Source of the DNA: Pseudomonadota bacterium
GTDB lineage: Bacteria; Pseudomonadota; Gammaproteobacteria; Burkholderiales; JABEVD01
NCBI GenBank assembly: GCA_021802545.1
Contig: JAJZRS010000003.1
Coordinates: 10,284-74,283 of the forward strand
Length of the DNA: 64,000 bases
Direction: 5' to 3'
Below, one piece after another: positions 1 through 8,820 of this stretch. How positions within the stretch are numbered: the stretch's first letter is position 1; each line of letters starts with the position of its first letter. The notes below the pieces were generated by a model, which worked only from the letters and a program-made list of their open reading frames with translations, was not told the DNA's origin and searched no databases. The position numbers and the translations under genes were made by a program.

Positions 1-21
1 GGTTATGCACAAGTTATTCTC

Positions 22-1272
22 TCAGTTCTTTTTGAACAGTATTCCAAGCTGTTTCAGTTTTCTGTAAAGATGGGTTCTTTCCAGTCCCACGTTCTCGGCG
101 ACCCTGGTAATTCCTCCGCTTTCCTTGGCGAGATGATATTCGAAATACATCTTTTCGAAAGCATCCCTGGCTTCGCGCAGAGGAAGATCCAAGGGAAAAG
201 GAAGACCGTCTTCGCTAGTCTGGTTTTTCTGTTTGGTGAGGATCTGGTTTGTGTTGGCCAGCGTGATTTCCTCTTCCAGGGAAGTGAGCGCGAGCGATTT
301 GATGGTTGCCATGAGCTGGGCAAGGTTGCCAGGCCAGGCATAGTTGCGCAATGCATTGAGCGATGCGGTACTGAACCGCTTCATGGGAATTTCATTGGAT
401 TCCACATACTGGGAAAGAATCAGGTTAGAGAGATTGGGGATATCTTCCGGGTGAGCCCTCAAAGGGGGGATGACGATGGTCAGGCTCATGAGTTTCTGGA
501 AAAGATCGGCATCGTATTCACCTCGGGCAACAAGATTTGCAAGCGGCTTGCTTGAAGCGCAGATCAGCTTGATGCCGTTTTGCTCTGCCTTGTCGAAAAG
601 GGAAAGCAAGGCTTTCTGCTCTTCCTTGTCAAAGTCGCAGATTTCCTTGATGAAGATCAATCCTTCCTTCGCCCGGTCGAGCAGCTCGGAAGAAAAAAGC
701 ATGCTCGATTCCTTGATTTCCACCCAGGGAAAATTGGGATTTCTGAAGAAATGGGCGCAAATTTCGATTTCGCTTCCGGGCTCCCCCGTCAGCAATACGG
801 GAAGGGTCAATTGTTTGGCGTGCTCCAGCGTTCTTTTCAGTTCGGCGACGACGCTGCTTTTGCCGAGCGAAGACAGGGAAAGGAGCGTGCTGTTTGCGGT
901 GGCATTTCTCTGCAGAGCCCTTCCCACGGTGTTCAGCAGCTTCTGCAGGGCAATGGGTTTTTCAAGGAAATCGCAGGCGCCGATGCGTGTTGCTTCTACT
1001 GCGGTGTCGATGGTGCCATGCCCGGACATCATCACGACCGGCATGGTCAGTAGGCCGGAATTGGCCCATTCCTTCAGAAGGGTGATGCCATCCGTGTCGG
1101 GCATCCAGATGTCGAGGAGGACGAGATCCGGCCGTGCCATGTTCCTCCTCTGCCGGGCTTCTTCCGCGTTTTCGGCCAGGACAACCTCGTAGCCTTCATC
1201 CCAGAGAATTTCCGATAAAAGGTCGCGGATGCCTATTTCGTCATCGACGACAAGAATCTGTTTTGCGCTCAT
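22..1272 (-). CDS. ntrX: NtrX-like sigma54-type response regulator (REC-AAA-Fis HTH)
   Basis: N-terminal receiver (ILVVDDE, LLDIWMP), degenerate AAA, WPGNL, C-terminal HTH ERTHLYRKLK; directly downstream of NtrY-like kinase. Confidence 0.85.
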   Translation of the reverse strand: MSAKQILVVDDEIGIRDLLSEILWDEGYEVVLAENAEEARQRRNMARPDLVLLDIWMPDTDGITLLKEWANSGLLTMPVVMMSGHGTIDTAVEATRIGACDFLEKPIALQKLLNTVGRALQRNATANSTLLSLSSLGKSSVVAELKRTLEHAKQLTLPVLLTGEPGSEIEICAHFFRNPNFPWVEIKESSMLFSSELLDRAKEGLIFIKEICDFDKEEQKALLSLFDKAEQNGIKLICASSKPLANLVARGEYDADLFQKLMSLTIVIPPLRAHPEDIPNLSNLILSQYVESNEIPMKRFSTASLNALRNYAWPGNLAQLMATIKSLALTSLEEEITLANTNQILTKQKNQTSEDGLPFPLDLPLREARDAFEKMYFEYHLAKESGGITRVAENVGLERTHLYRKLKQLGILFKKN

Positions 1273-3390
1273 TCAAGCCTCCTCGAGCGAAGGAAGGGAG
1301 ATGCTGACGCGAGCTCCCTTGGGGTTGACGTTTTCAATCTGAATCGAGCCATTGTGCTCTTCCACGATCTTTTTGACGATGGCGAGCCCTAAGCCGGTTC
1401 CTTTCGGCTTTGTCGTGATGTAGGGTTCAAAGGCTCGGGATATCAGCTGTTCAGGGAATCCGGTGCCATTGTCGACAATGCTCAGCTTGACGAGATTGCC
1501 TACGGATTCGGTCGAAACGCCGATCTGCGGGTTTTTCGAATCGATCAGGGAATCCTGTGCATTTTTCAGCAGATTGTGCATGACTTGGCGAAGCTGGGTC
1601 TGATCTCCATTGATTTTAGGGAGGCGTTCTTCGAGCTGCACCGAAATGTGCGAGGATTCGTACAGCGTAAGCACTTCGCGGATCAGATGGTTGAGATCCA
1701 CCGGCTGGAACTGCGGTTCGGCCGTTTTCGCATATTTGCTGAACGCATCGACCATGCTGTTCAGTGCGGAAACCTGATTGACGATGGTCTGGGTGGAGCG
1801 GGTCAGCATCTTGCTGTCCTGGGGATCCAGTTTGCTTTCCAGTTTTTGCTGAAGTCTTTCCGCAGAAAGCTGAATGGGCGTGAGCGGATTCTTGATTTCG
1901 TGGGCAAGGCGCCTTGCCACTTCCCCCCAGGCCGCGCTTCTTTGCGCCTGGACGAGATGCGTGATGTCGTCGAAAACGACAAGGTAGCCGTTCTCTGTAA
2001 CATCCGGAAGGCGTGAGCCGCGCACAAGCAGGATCTGCGTGCTGCCCTTTCCGGAAAGGTCTAGCTGCTTTTGCCATTCGATCTCGTCCGATGAGGCGAA
2101 TTCCCTGCGTATCTCGGACGAAAGTGGTTCGAGGAAAGGATGGTGCCATCCCCATTCGCCGAGCGGCGCATTCCAGAGATCGGAAAAATCCAGGCCAAGG
2201 ATCGCCCGTGCTGCCGGATTGGCCGAACGCAGCACGAAGGACTTGTCGAAAGCGAGCACTCCGGACGACAGGCTGGACAGGATGCTTTCGAGATAGGCTT
2301 TTGCGCTTTCGATCTGCTCCTGGTTCTTCTGGACGGAAGCTCGCGCTTCGGCAAGCTGGTACGTCATCAGATTGAAGGACTGGGTCAATATGCCCAGTTC
2401 GTCACGGCTCTTGACCGGATGGAACTGGCTGAAATCGCCCTGGGCGACGGCGCGCGTTCCCTCGGCAAGAATGGCGAGCGGGGCGCTCAACCTTTCGCTG
2501 ATGAAGAAAGCGACGGCAAGCGCGGAAAGCAGGGCGAGCAGGAGCGAGAGCGTGAGCGTCAGGCCGTACAGCCTTTTCAAGCCCAGCCTGGACAAGGAAA
2601 GCCCCTGATAGTCGCGATAGACGTTCTGGACCGTCTCGGCATCCCTGGCCAGCTGCTTGGGCACATGCTCGAGGAGCTGCAGGACGCGAATGTCTTCGTT
2701 GAGCCTCAGGACGTTCACGGGAACGACGACGCGCAGATAAAGCCCTTTCCCCGGAATGGACTCGACGACGCTGTAGGATTTTTGCATCCTGATTTGATGG
2801 AGGACGGAAGGCGAAGGAAAATCGAGCACAGGTCCTTCGTTTTCGGAGCCGGAAAAAGCGATGATCTGCCCTGATTTCCTGAAGAGCGTGCCGTCCTGCG
2901 CACCTGTCTGGTCGACCATGCGGCTGAAGTTCGAAGGGAGAAGATCGTCGGGAAGGTCGGCCAGGGAGAAGGCCATGGCGTTCGCCCGTTTTTCGAGATC
3001 CTTGCTCATGTTGTCAAGCGTCGTCCGCCCGAGATTCAGCCCGCCTTCGAGCGCCTTGTCGACCCTGACGTCGAACCAGGATTCGATGCTTTTGGAAAGA
3101 AACTGCACGGAAAGCGTGTAAATCAATACACCCGGAAGGATGGACATGAGAGAAAAGAAAAGCACGAGCCGGAAGGTGAGTTTGGCGCCGAACACCTTGG
3201 TTTTGAGTTTTCTGAGCAGCACGAAAAGCTGATAGGCGACGAGCCCCGAAAGCAGAAGAACAATGCCTCCGCTCAGGCCGAACAGTACGGTGTAGTGCTT
3301 GGAAAACAGGGCCGTGTTGGCGCTGGCAAGCGACAGCAGATAAAGCAGTACCGTGCCGAGGGCGGCGCAAATGATCAGGAGATATTTCAA
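1273..3390 (-). CDS. ntrY: NtrY-like HAMP/PAS sensor histidine kinase
   Basis: TM helices, SIESWFD motif, HAMP, H-box AHEIKNPLTPIQLSAERL, G-boxes DNGTG/GTGLGL. Confidence 0.85.
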   Translation of the reverse strand: MKYLLIICAALGTVLLYLLSLASANTALFSKHYTVLFGLSGGIVLLLSGLVAYQLFVLLRKLKTKVFGAKLTFRLVLFFSLMSILPGVLIYTLSVQFLSKSIESWFDVRVDKALEGGLNLGRTTLDNMSKDLEKRANAMAFSLADLPDDLLPSNFSRMVDQTGAQDGTLFRKSGQIIAFSGSENEGPVLDFPSPSVLHQIRMQKSYSVVESIPGKGLYLRVVVPVNVLRLNEDIRVLQLLEHVPKQLARDAETVQNVYRDYQGLSLSRLGLKRLYGLTLTLSLLLALLSALAVAFFISERLSAPLAILAEGTRAVAQGDFSQFHPVKSRDELGILTQSFNLMTYQLAEARASVQKNQEQIESAKAYLESILSSLSSGVLAFDKSFVLRSANPAARAILGLDFSDLWNAPLGEWGWHHPFLEPLSSEIRREFASSDEIEWQKQLDLSGKGSTQILLVRGSRLPDVTENGYLVVFDDITHLVQAQRSAAWGEVARRLAHEIKNPLTPIQLSAERLQQKLESKLDPQDSKMLTRSTQTIVNQVSALNSMVDAFSKYAKTAEPQFQPVDLNHLIREVLTLYESSHISVQLEERLPKINGDQTQLRQVMHNLLKNAQDSLIDSKNPQIGVSTESVGNLVKLSIVDNGTGFPEQLISRAFEPYITTKPKGTGLGLAIVKKIVEEHNGSIQIENVNPKGARVSISLPSLEEA

Positions 3391-3400
3391 GATGCTGCCG

Positions 3401-3937
3401 TCACGGAACGAAATTCCATTTGAACCAGTCGGAGCTCAGGTTCCATTCGTTGGATGCCAGGGCATCGATCTGGAAGGGCTTGGGCAGCATGGAAACGTCC
3501 AGGGACATGCGCAGCATGCCGGTATAGTCAGCTCCCTTTGTCAGGACAGCCCTGTCGATGACCTGCCTGTGGAGCAGGCTGCCGAGAACGCTCACTGCAT
3601 CGGAAAGGTTGTCGAAATTCTGGTAAAGCGTACCGCTGCTCAGCCTGTACTGCTGGGTCAGCGCATTGTAGCTCAGTTTGGTATGCCAGGTGGCGTCGAC
3701 GATTTTTTCGTTGAACCAATACCAGCGCACCCGGGTGAGTTCGAATTCGGTCAGAAAAGTGAGCGGGACCCCTTTTTTCAGGGCCTCCTCAAGGGTTGAG
3801 TTGAGGCTGATCTCGAAATAGGCATTGAGGCGGTATTCGTCGTTGGCGGAAAACCCGGCCGATTTGACGCGGATGCCGTCCGCATGGGCCGAAAAGCTGA
3901 ACAGGAGAAGAAGCGCGACCAATCGCCAGAAGCGCAT
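3401..3937 (-). CDS. DUF4390 periplasmic protein
   Basis: Signal peptide from ATG 3937, LPKPFQIDAL motif; usual position between rsmB and ntrY. Confidence 0.75.
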   Translation of the reverse strand: MRFWRLVALLLLFSFSAHADGIRVKSAGFSANDEYRLNAYFEISLNSTLEEALKKGVPLTFLTEFELTRVRWYWFNEKIVDATWHTKLSYNALTQQYRLSSGTLYQNFDNLSDAVSVLGSLLHRQVIDRAVLTKGADYTGMLRMSLDVSMLPKPFQIDALASNEWNLSSDWFKWNFVP

Positions 3938-3941
3938 CGGA

Positions 3942-5186
3942 TCAAGCCTTCTTGATGAGCGCATAGAAAAAGCCGTCTTGTTTGTCGTCAGGCAGCAATT
4001 GAAACCCTTCATCAGCCAGGAGGATTGCGTCGGCATGCCTTTTCAAGAAAAGCGCGACGAGCCCCATGTTTTCTTCTTCGAATACCGAGCAGGTTGAGTA
4101 AAGCAATTTACCACCACTTTCCAAGGTTTGCCATAAAGCGTCGAGGATGGCGCTCTGCTGAGTGGTGAAGGTCTCGATGTCTTCCGGCCGCCTCAGCCAT
4201 TTGATGTCCGGGTGGCGCCGGACCACGCCGGATGCGGAGCAGGGGACATCGGCGAGGATGCGCTGGAAGAGCGTGCCGTCCCACCAGGATGAGGTGTCGG
4301 AGGCATCTGCGGTCAGGACTTTCCCGGCAAGCCCCAGCCTGCCGAAGTTTTCCCTGATCTGCTCTGCACGGGATGGACTGTTGTCGAGACTGAGCAGGTC
4401 GACCGAAGCGGCCTCCAGGATGTGCGCCGATTTTCCGCCCGGCGCAGCGCAGGCATCCAGCACCCGCATGCCGTCCTCGAGATCGAGAAGGATGGCCGCC
4501 TTCTGCGCGCCCAGATCCTGGACGGATGCGAGCCCTTCAGCGAATCCCGGTAGGCTGTCCACGGGCATGGGCTTGGAGAGCATCAGGGCGGATTCAGAAA
4601 GCGGGATGAATTCGATGCCGTTTTCCTGAAGAAGCGCCTGATAGGCCGCGGACGTGGTTTTTCTCCTGTTGATCCTCAATGTCATCGGCGGGCGGGAGTT
4701 TCCCGCATCCAGAATCCGGGCGTAATCCGCCGGATACTGGTTCTTCAGCTTGTCTATCCACCATTTCGGATGATTGAAGATGGCCGCCTCGCTGTTCGAT
4801 GCGGCCTCGAGGAGCGCGTCTTTCTGCCTGAGGAAATTGCGCAGCACGGCATTGACCAGGGGCTTTCCAAATTTCGGGGCCACCCCGACGGCATGGTCGA
4901 CGACGGCGTGTTTCGCTGCCTGGGAATAGTTGAGCTGGTAGAGCGCGACCAGCAGGAGGGCCTCGATCTGGCTGTCCTTGGGCTGCTTTTTGACGAGCAT
5001 GCCCAGGATCGTTTTCAGGAAACCCAGATTGCGGAAAACCCCGTAGCTCAAGTCCTGGATCGCGCCGCGCTGCGCGGGATTCAGCCCGGAGTGGGTGTGC
5101 CAGATTTCGTTCAGCGTTTTTGTCAGGTTCCGCCCGCCCAGCGTCCTGGACACGGCGTAGCTTGCAAGCCGCTGGACCTGGTGCAT
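3942..5186 (-). CDS. rsmB: 16S rRNA m5C967 methyltransferase
   Basis: NusB-like N-terminus, DACAAPGGKS, DVPCSASG, YSTCS. Confidence 0.95.
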   Translation of the reverse strand: MHQVQRLASYAVSRTLGGRNLTKTLNEIWHTHSGLNPAQRGAIQDLSYGVFRNLGFLKTILGMLVKKQPKDSQIEALLLVALYQLNYSQAAKHAVVDHAVGVAPKFGKPLVNAVLRNFLRQKDALLEAASNSEAAIFNHPKWWIDKLKNQYPADYARILDAGNSRPPMTLRINRRKTTSAAYQALLQENGIEFIPLSESALMLSKPMPVDSLPGFAEGLASVQDLGAQKAAILLDLEDGMRVLDACAAPGGKSAHILEAASVDLLSLDNSPSRAEQIRENFGRLGLAGKVLTADASDTSSWWDGTLFQRILADVPCSASGVVRRHPDIKWLRRPEDIETFTTQQSAILDALWQTLESGGKLLYSTCSVFEEENMGLVALFLKRHADAILLADEGFQLLPDDKQDGFFYALIKKA

Positions 5187-5189
5187 CGG

Positions 5190-6113
5190 TCAGCGCAGCT
5201 TCGAGCCTGCGGGAATCGGAAACCCCGGCAGGAATTGTTTCACGTGAAGCCTTTTCCCCCCGGGCTTCTGGAGCACTTCAAGTTCGAGCCCATCCTTGCC
5301 GCAGGCAACGAGCAGCCCGCCATCCTTCTGCACTTCGCCGGGGGCGCCAGTGACCCCCTCGACTAGGCGCGCTTTCCAGATCTTGATGGGCGTTTCCTCG
5401 AACAGGCAGGCAGCGCCTGGAAAAGGATCGAAGGCACGGATTTGCCGTTCGATTTGCCTGGCGTCTTCTTCCCAGCGTATCGAGGATTCCGATTTGTTCA
5501 GCTTCGCCGCATAAGTGGCGAGCGCATCGTCCTGCTTTTTTCCCTGGAAGCGTTCGCCCGGGTTCTTCGAGAGCTGGCCGACGATGGATTTCGCGCCGAG
5601 CTCGGCGAGCTTGTCGTGCAGGCTCTGGCCCGTATCATCGTCCTCGATGGGGATCTGCGCGATATCGAGGATGTCGCCCGTATCGAGCCCTTCGTCCATC
5701 TGCATGAGGGTGATGCCCGTTGCGGCATCGCCGGCGAGAATGGCGCGCTGTATGGGCGCCGCCCCGCGCCACCTGGGCAGGATGGACGCATGGATGTTGA
5801 TGCACCCGAGGCGAGGGATTTCCAGGATGGAGGCGGGGAGGATCAGGCCGTAGGCAGCAACCACCATGACGTCGGCGTGGAGGGAATCGAGCATCTTCTC
5901 GATGTCCGGGTTGTTCTTGAGCGTGCTGGGCTGGAACACGGAAAGCCCGTGTTTTTCGGCGAGCACCTTCACCGGGCTTTGCGTCGTCTTCATGCCGCGG
6001 CCGGCAGCCTTGTCGGGTTGGGTGAGGACAAGGGCAATGTCGTGCCCCGCCGCAAGAAGGGCGTCCAGGGCTGCTGCTGCGAAAAAGGGTGTACCTGCGA
6101 AAATGATTTTCAA
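5190..6113 (-). CDS. fmt: methionyl-tRNA formyltransferase
   Basis: FAGTP, VVAAYG, NIHASILPRWRGAAPIQ. Confidence 0.97.
   Translation of the reverse strand: MKIIFAGTPFFAAAALDALLAAGHDIALVLTQPDKAAGRGMKTTQSPVKVLAEKHGLSVFQPSTLKNNPDIEKMLDSLHADVMVVAAYGLILPASILEIPRLGCINIHASILPRWRGAAPIQRAILAGDAATGITLMQMDEGLDTGDILDIAQIPIEDDDTGQSLHDKLAELGAKSIVGQLSKNPGERFQGKKQDDALATYAAKLNKSESSIRWEEDARQIERQIRAFDPFPGAACLFEETPIKIWKARLVEGVTGAPGEVQKDGGLLVACGKDGLELEVLQKPGGKRLHVKQFLPGFPIPAGSKLR
5236..5251. promoter_or_regulatory. parS-like site inside fmt
   Basis: TGTTTCACGTGAAGCC, 14/16 to the parS consensus TGTTTCACGTGAAACA. Confidence 0.6.
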
Positions 6114-6117
6114 ATGA

Positions 6118-6621
6118 CTACATCCGCTCCCTGGCCAGTTTCTTCATTTTGGCCAGGATTCTCGTTTGTTTCAGACGGGAAAGATATTCGACGAACACCT
6201 TGCCCTTGAGGTGATCGATTTCATGCTGGATGCAGATGGAAAGCAGTCCGTCGGCATGAATCTCGAAAGTGTTTCCCTCATCGTCCTGGGCCGTGACGGT
6301 GACGCGCTCGGCCCGATCGACGTTCTCGAATATGCCGGGGACGGAAAGGCAGCCTTCCTCGACGTCGGATTTGCCGCTCATGGCGGTGATTTCCGGATTG
6401 ACCAGGATCATCGGTTTGTCCTTGGCTTCCGAAAGGTCGATCACGATGACCTGCTTTTGCACGTCGACCTGGGTTGCAGCGAGACCGACGCCTGGCGCGG
6501 CGTACATCGTTTCCTTCATGTCGGCAACCAGCGACTTCAGCGCTTCGTCGAAGACGGTGACCCTTTCCGCGGCAAGGTGCAGCCGCTCGTCAGGGTATTG
6601 GAGGATTCTCAAGAGTGCCAT
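6118..6621 (-). CDS. def: peptide deformylase
   Basis: [19 protein letters not shown] motifs; start taken at ATG 6621. Confidence 0.97.
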   Translation of the reverse strand: MALLRILQYPDERLHLAAERVTVFDEALKSLVADMKETMYAAPGVGLAATQVDVQKQVIVIDLSEAKDKPMILVNPEITAMSGKSDVEEGCLSVPGIFENVDRAERVTVTAQDDEGNTFEIHADGLLSICIQHEIDHLKGKVFVEYLSRLKQTRILAKMKKLARERM

Positions 6622-6688
6622 AGGTACTTGCCAATTCGTTTTGCCGGATGCAGAATCTGACAGGATGTCTTCCTGCTCAGGAGCGCCA

Positions 6689-7696
6689 ATGCGCAATATT
6701 ATTATATCGTTGTTTTTCCTTTCGAGCTTGATTCCTTTGGGTTCCGGCGCAGAGGAAATCCAGCTGCAGGACCAGGCTCCCTCCCGTTATGTCGTCAAGC
6801 AAGGCGACACGCTCTGGGGAATTTCCGCCCGCTTCCTCAAGGATCCCTGGAAGTGGCCGCAGATCTGGGGAATGAACCGCGAAGAGATAGAAAACCCGCA
6901 CCTCATCTATCCGGGCGACGTGATCGTTCTGGAAAACGAAAACGGGACGACGAAACTCATGATCGAGAAGTCCCAGGAGAAGCCGCTTGAGACGGTCAAG
7001 CTCGAACCCGGGGTCCAGATCAGGGATCTGGGCAGGGCGATCCCGACCATTTCCATGTCCGTCATCGGCCCGTTCCTGACGAAAACCCGTGTGATGAGCG
7101 AGACGGAATGGGAAGGTGCGCCCAGCATCGTCGCCGGCACGGAAAGCAGCGACATCCTGGGCGAAGGGGAGTCGGGATATGTTTCTGGATTGAAGGGCAA
7201 GAACGTCACCTTTTCGATATACGGAAAGGGGAGGGAGCTCGTCGATCCTGATACCGGGGAATCCCTCGGGTTGGAGGCCGAATACCTGGGCGAGGCGAGG
7301 GTCGTCAAGGCAGGAAATCCCGCAAAGATAGAAGTCACCCGCTCCGTGAAGGAAATCGACATTGGCGCAAAGCTGTTCCCCGTCGTCGAGCAGACGGTTC
7401 TGCATTACGTGCCGCACGCGCCTGACAAGATGATCACGGGCCACATCCTTTCCTCCTACAGCGGCATGATCGGCCAGGGCGACATCGTCGCCATCGATCT
7501 CGGCACGAAAAAAGGCATCGAACTGGGTGACGTGCTCGCCGTCTATCGCGATGGAAAAGAAGTCAACGACGTCAAGCTTCCGTCCGAGCGGGTGGGGCTC
7601 ATCATGGTTTTCCTCGCTTATGACGATGTCTCCTATGCGCTCGTCGTCCAGAGCAAACGGACGATCTACAATACGGACATCGTAAGGACGCCCTAG
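6689..7696 (+). CDS. LysM peptidoglycan-binding protein (TsaP-like)
   Basis: Signal peptide from ATG 6689, [13 protein letters not shown]...NPHLIYPG LysM; conserved def-LysM-dprA synteny. Confidence 0.85.
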   Translation: MRNIIISLFFLSSLIPLGSGAEEIQLQDQAPSRYVVKQGDTLWGISARFLKDPWKWPQIWGMNREEIENPHLIYPGDVIVLENENGTTKLMIEKSQEKPLETVKLEPGVQIRDLGRAIPTISMSVIGPFLTKTRVMSETEWEGAPSIVAGTESSDILGEGESGYVSGLKGKNVTFSIYGKGRELVDPDTGESLGLEAEYLGEARVVKAGNPAKIEVTRSVKEIDIGAKLFPVVEQTVLHYVPHAPDKMITGHILSSYSGMIGQGDIVAIDLGTKKGIELGDVLAVYRDGKEVNDVKLPSERVGLIMVFLAYDDVSYALVVQSKRTIYNTDIVRTP

Positions 7697-7697
7697 T

Positions 7698-8756
7698 TTG
7701 GACGCCGCGGGCTGGATCGCTCTCGGCGCAATCGAAGGCCTGGGAGGAGCGTCCTACAGGAAGCTCCTCTCCGCATTCGGCGACCCCGAGATCGTTCTCA
7801 AGGCGGGGAGAGGGGATCTTTGCAAGGTCGTCGATTCTTCCCTGGCGTCCCGCATTCTTCAGGGACCCGATCAGACGCTTGTCGAGAAGACGCTCAGGTG
7901 GCTCGAGGATCCGGCCTGCGGCATCGTCACGCTTGCAGACGAAGACTATCCTCGCCTCCTGTTCGATGTTCCCGATCCGCCGCCCTTCTTCTATTTCAAG
8001 GGAAACAGGGCTCTGCTCGGCAAAAAGGCTTTGGCCGTCGTCGGAAGCAGGAATGCGACGCCCCAGGGGATCGAAAATGCCAGGCAAATTTCCAGGGCGC
8101 TGAGCGATTCCGGGCTTTCGATCGTCAGCGGGCTCGCCCATGGGATAGACGCCGCAGCCCACGAAGGGGGGTTGGCAGGCGCATCGTCCAGCATCGCGGT
8201 GATCGGGACGGGAATGGACATTCGCTATCCTTCGGGAAATTCGCTTCTTGCCCAAAGGTTGGAGAAGGAGGGACTGATCATTTCGGAGTTCCCGCTCGGG
8301 ATGCCGCCGCTTGCCGGAAATTTCCCGAGGCGCAACCGCATCATCAGCGGCCTTTGCCTCGGCTGCCTCGTCGTCGAGGCGGGGATCAGGAGCGGCTCGC
8401 TGATCACTGCGCGATATGCCATGGAGCAGGGGAGAGAGATTTTTGCGGTTCCCGGGTCGATCCATTCCCCGCTTTCCAAGGGCCCCCACAAGCTCATCAA
8501 ACAGGGCGCAAAGCTTGTCGAGAGCGCCAACGACATTCTCGAGGAATTGAATCTGCCTGCATACGCGTCTCAGGAAGGGAAGCAATTAGTTCAGGATTCC
8601 TTTCTTGACGCCATGGGATTCGACCCGGTCGACCAGGATGTCCTTTGCGAAAGGACCGGGCTTGCCGCCCAGGCTGTTTCCGCCCGGCTGCTCGAGCTGG
8701 AAATGTCGGGAATCGTGAAAAGGATGGCGGGCGGAATGTACCAGAGGCTGAGTTAA
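7698..8756 (+). CDS. dprA: DNA processing protein DprA
   Basis: VVGSR, SGLAHGID, NFPRRNRIISG, SGSLITA; TTG start. Confidence 0.95.
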   Translation: MDAAGWIALGAIEGLGGASYRKLLSAFGDPEIVLKAGRGDLCKVVDSSLASRILQGPDQTLVEKTLRWLEDPACGIVTLADEDYPRLLFDVPDPPPFFYFKGNRALLGKKALAVVGSRNATPQGIENARQISRALSDSGLSIVSGLAHGIDAAAHEGGLAGASSSIAVIGTGMDIRYPSGNSLLAQRLEKEGLIISEFPLGMPPLAGNFPRRNRIISGLCLGCLVVEAGIRSGSLITARYAMEQGREIFAVPGSIHSPLSKGPHKLIKQGAKLVESANDILEELNLPAYASQEGKQLVQDSFLDAMGFDPVDQDVLCERTGLAAQAVSARLLELEMSGIVKRMAGGMYQRLS

Positions 8757-8820
8757 TTTTCTTGCCCTTCGCTAATTTTGTTTCTATGATCCACGAATCT
8801 TGAAAATTTAAGCATTTCGT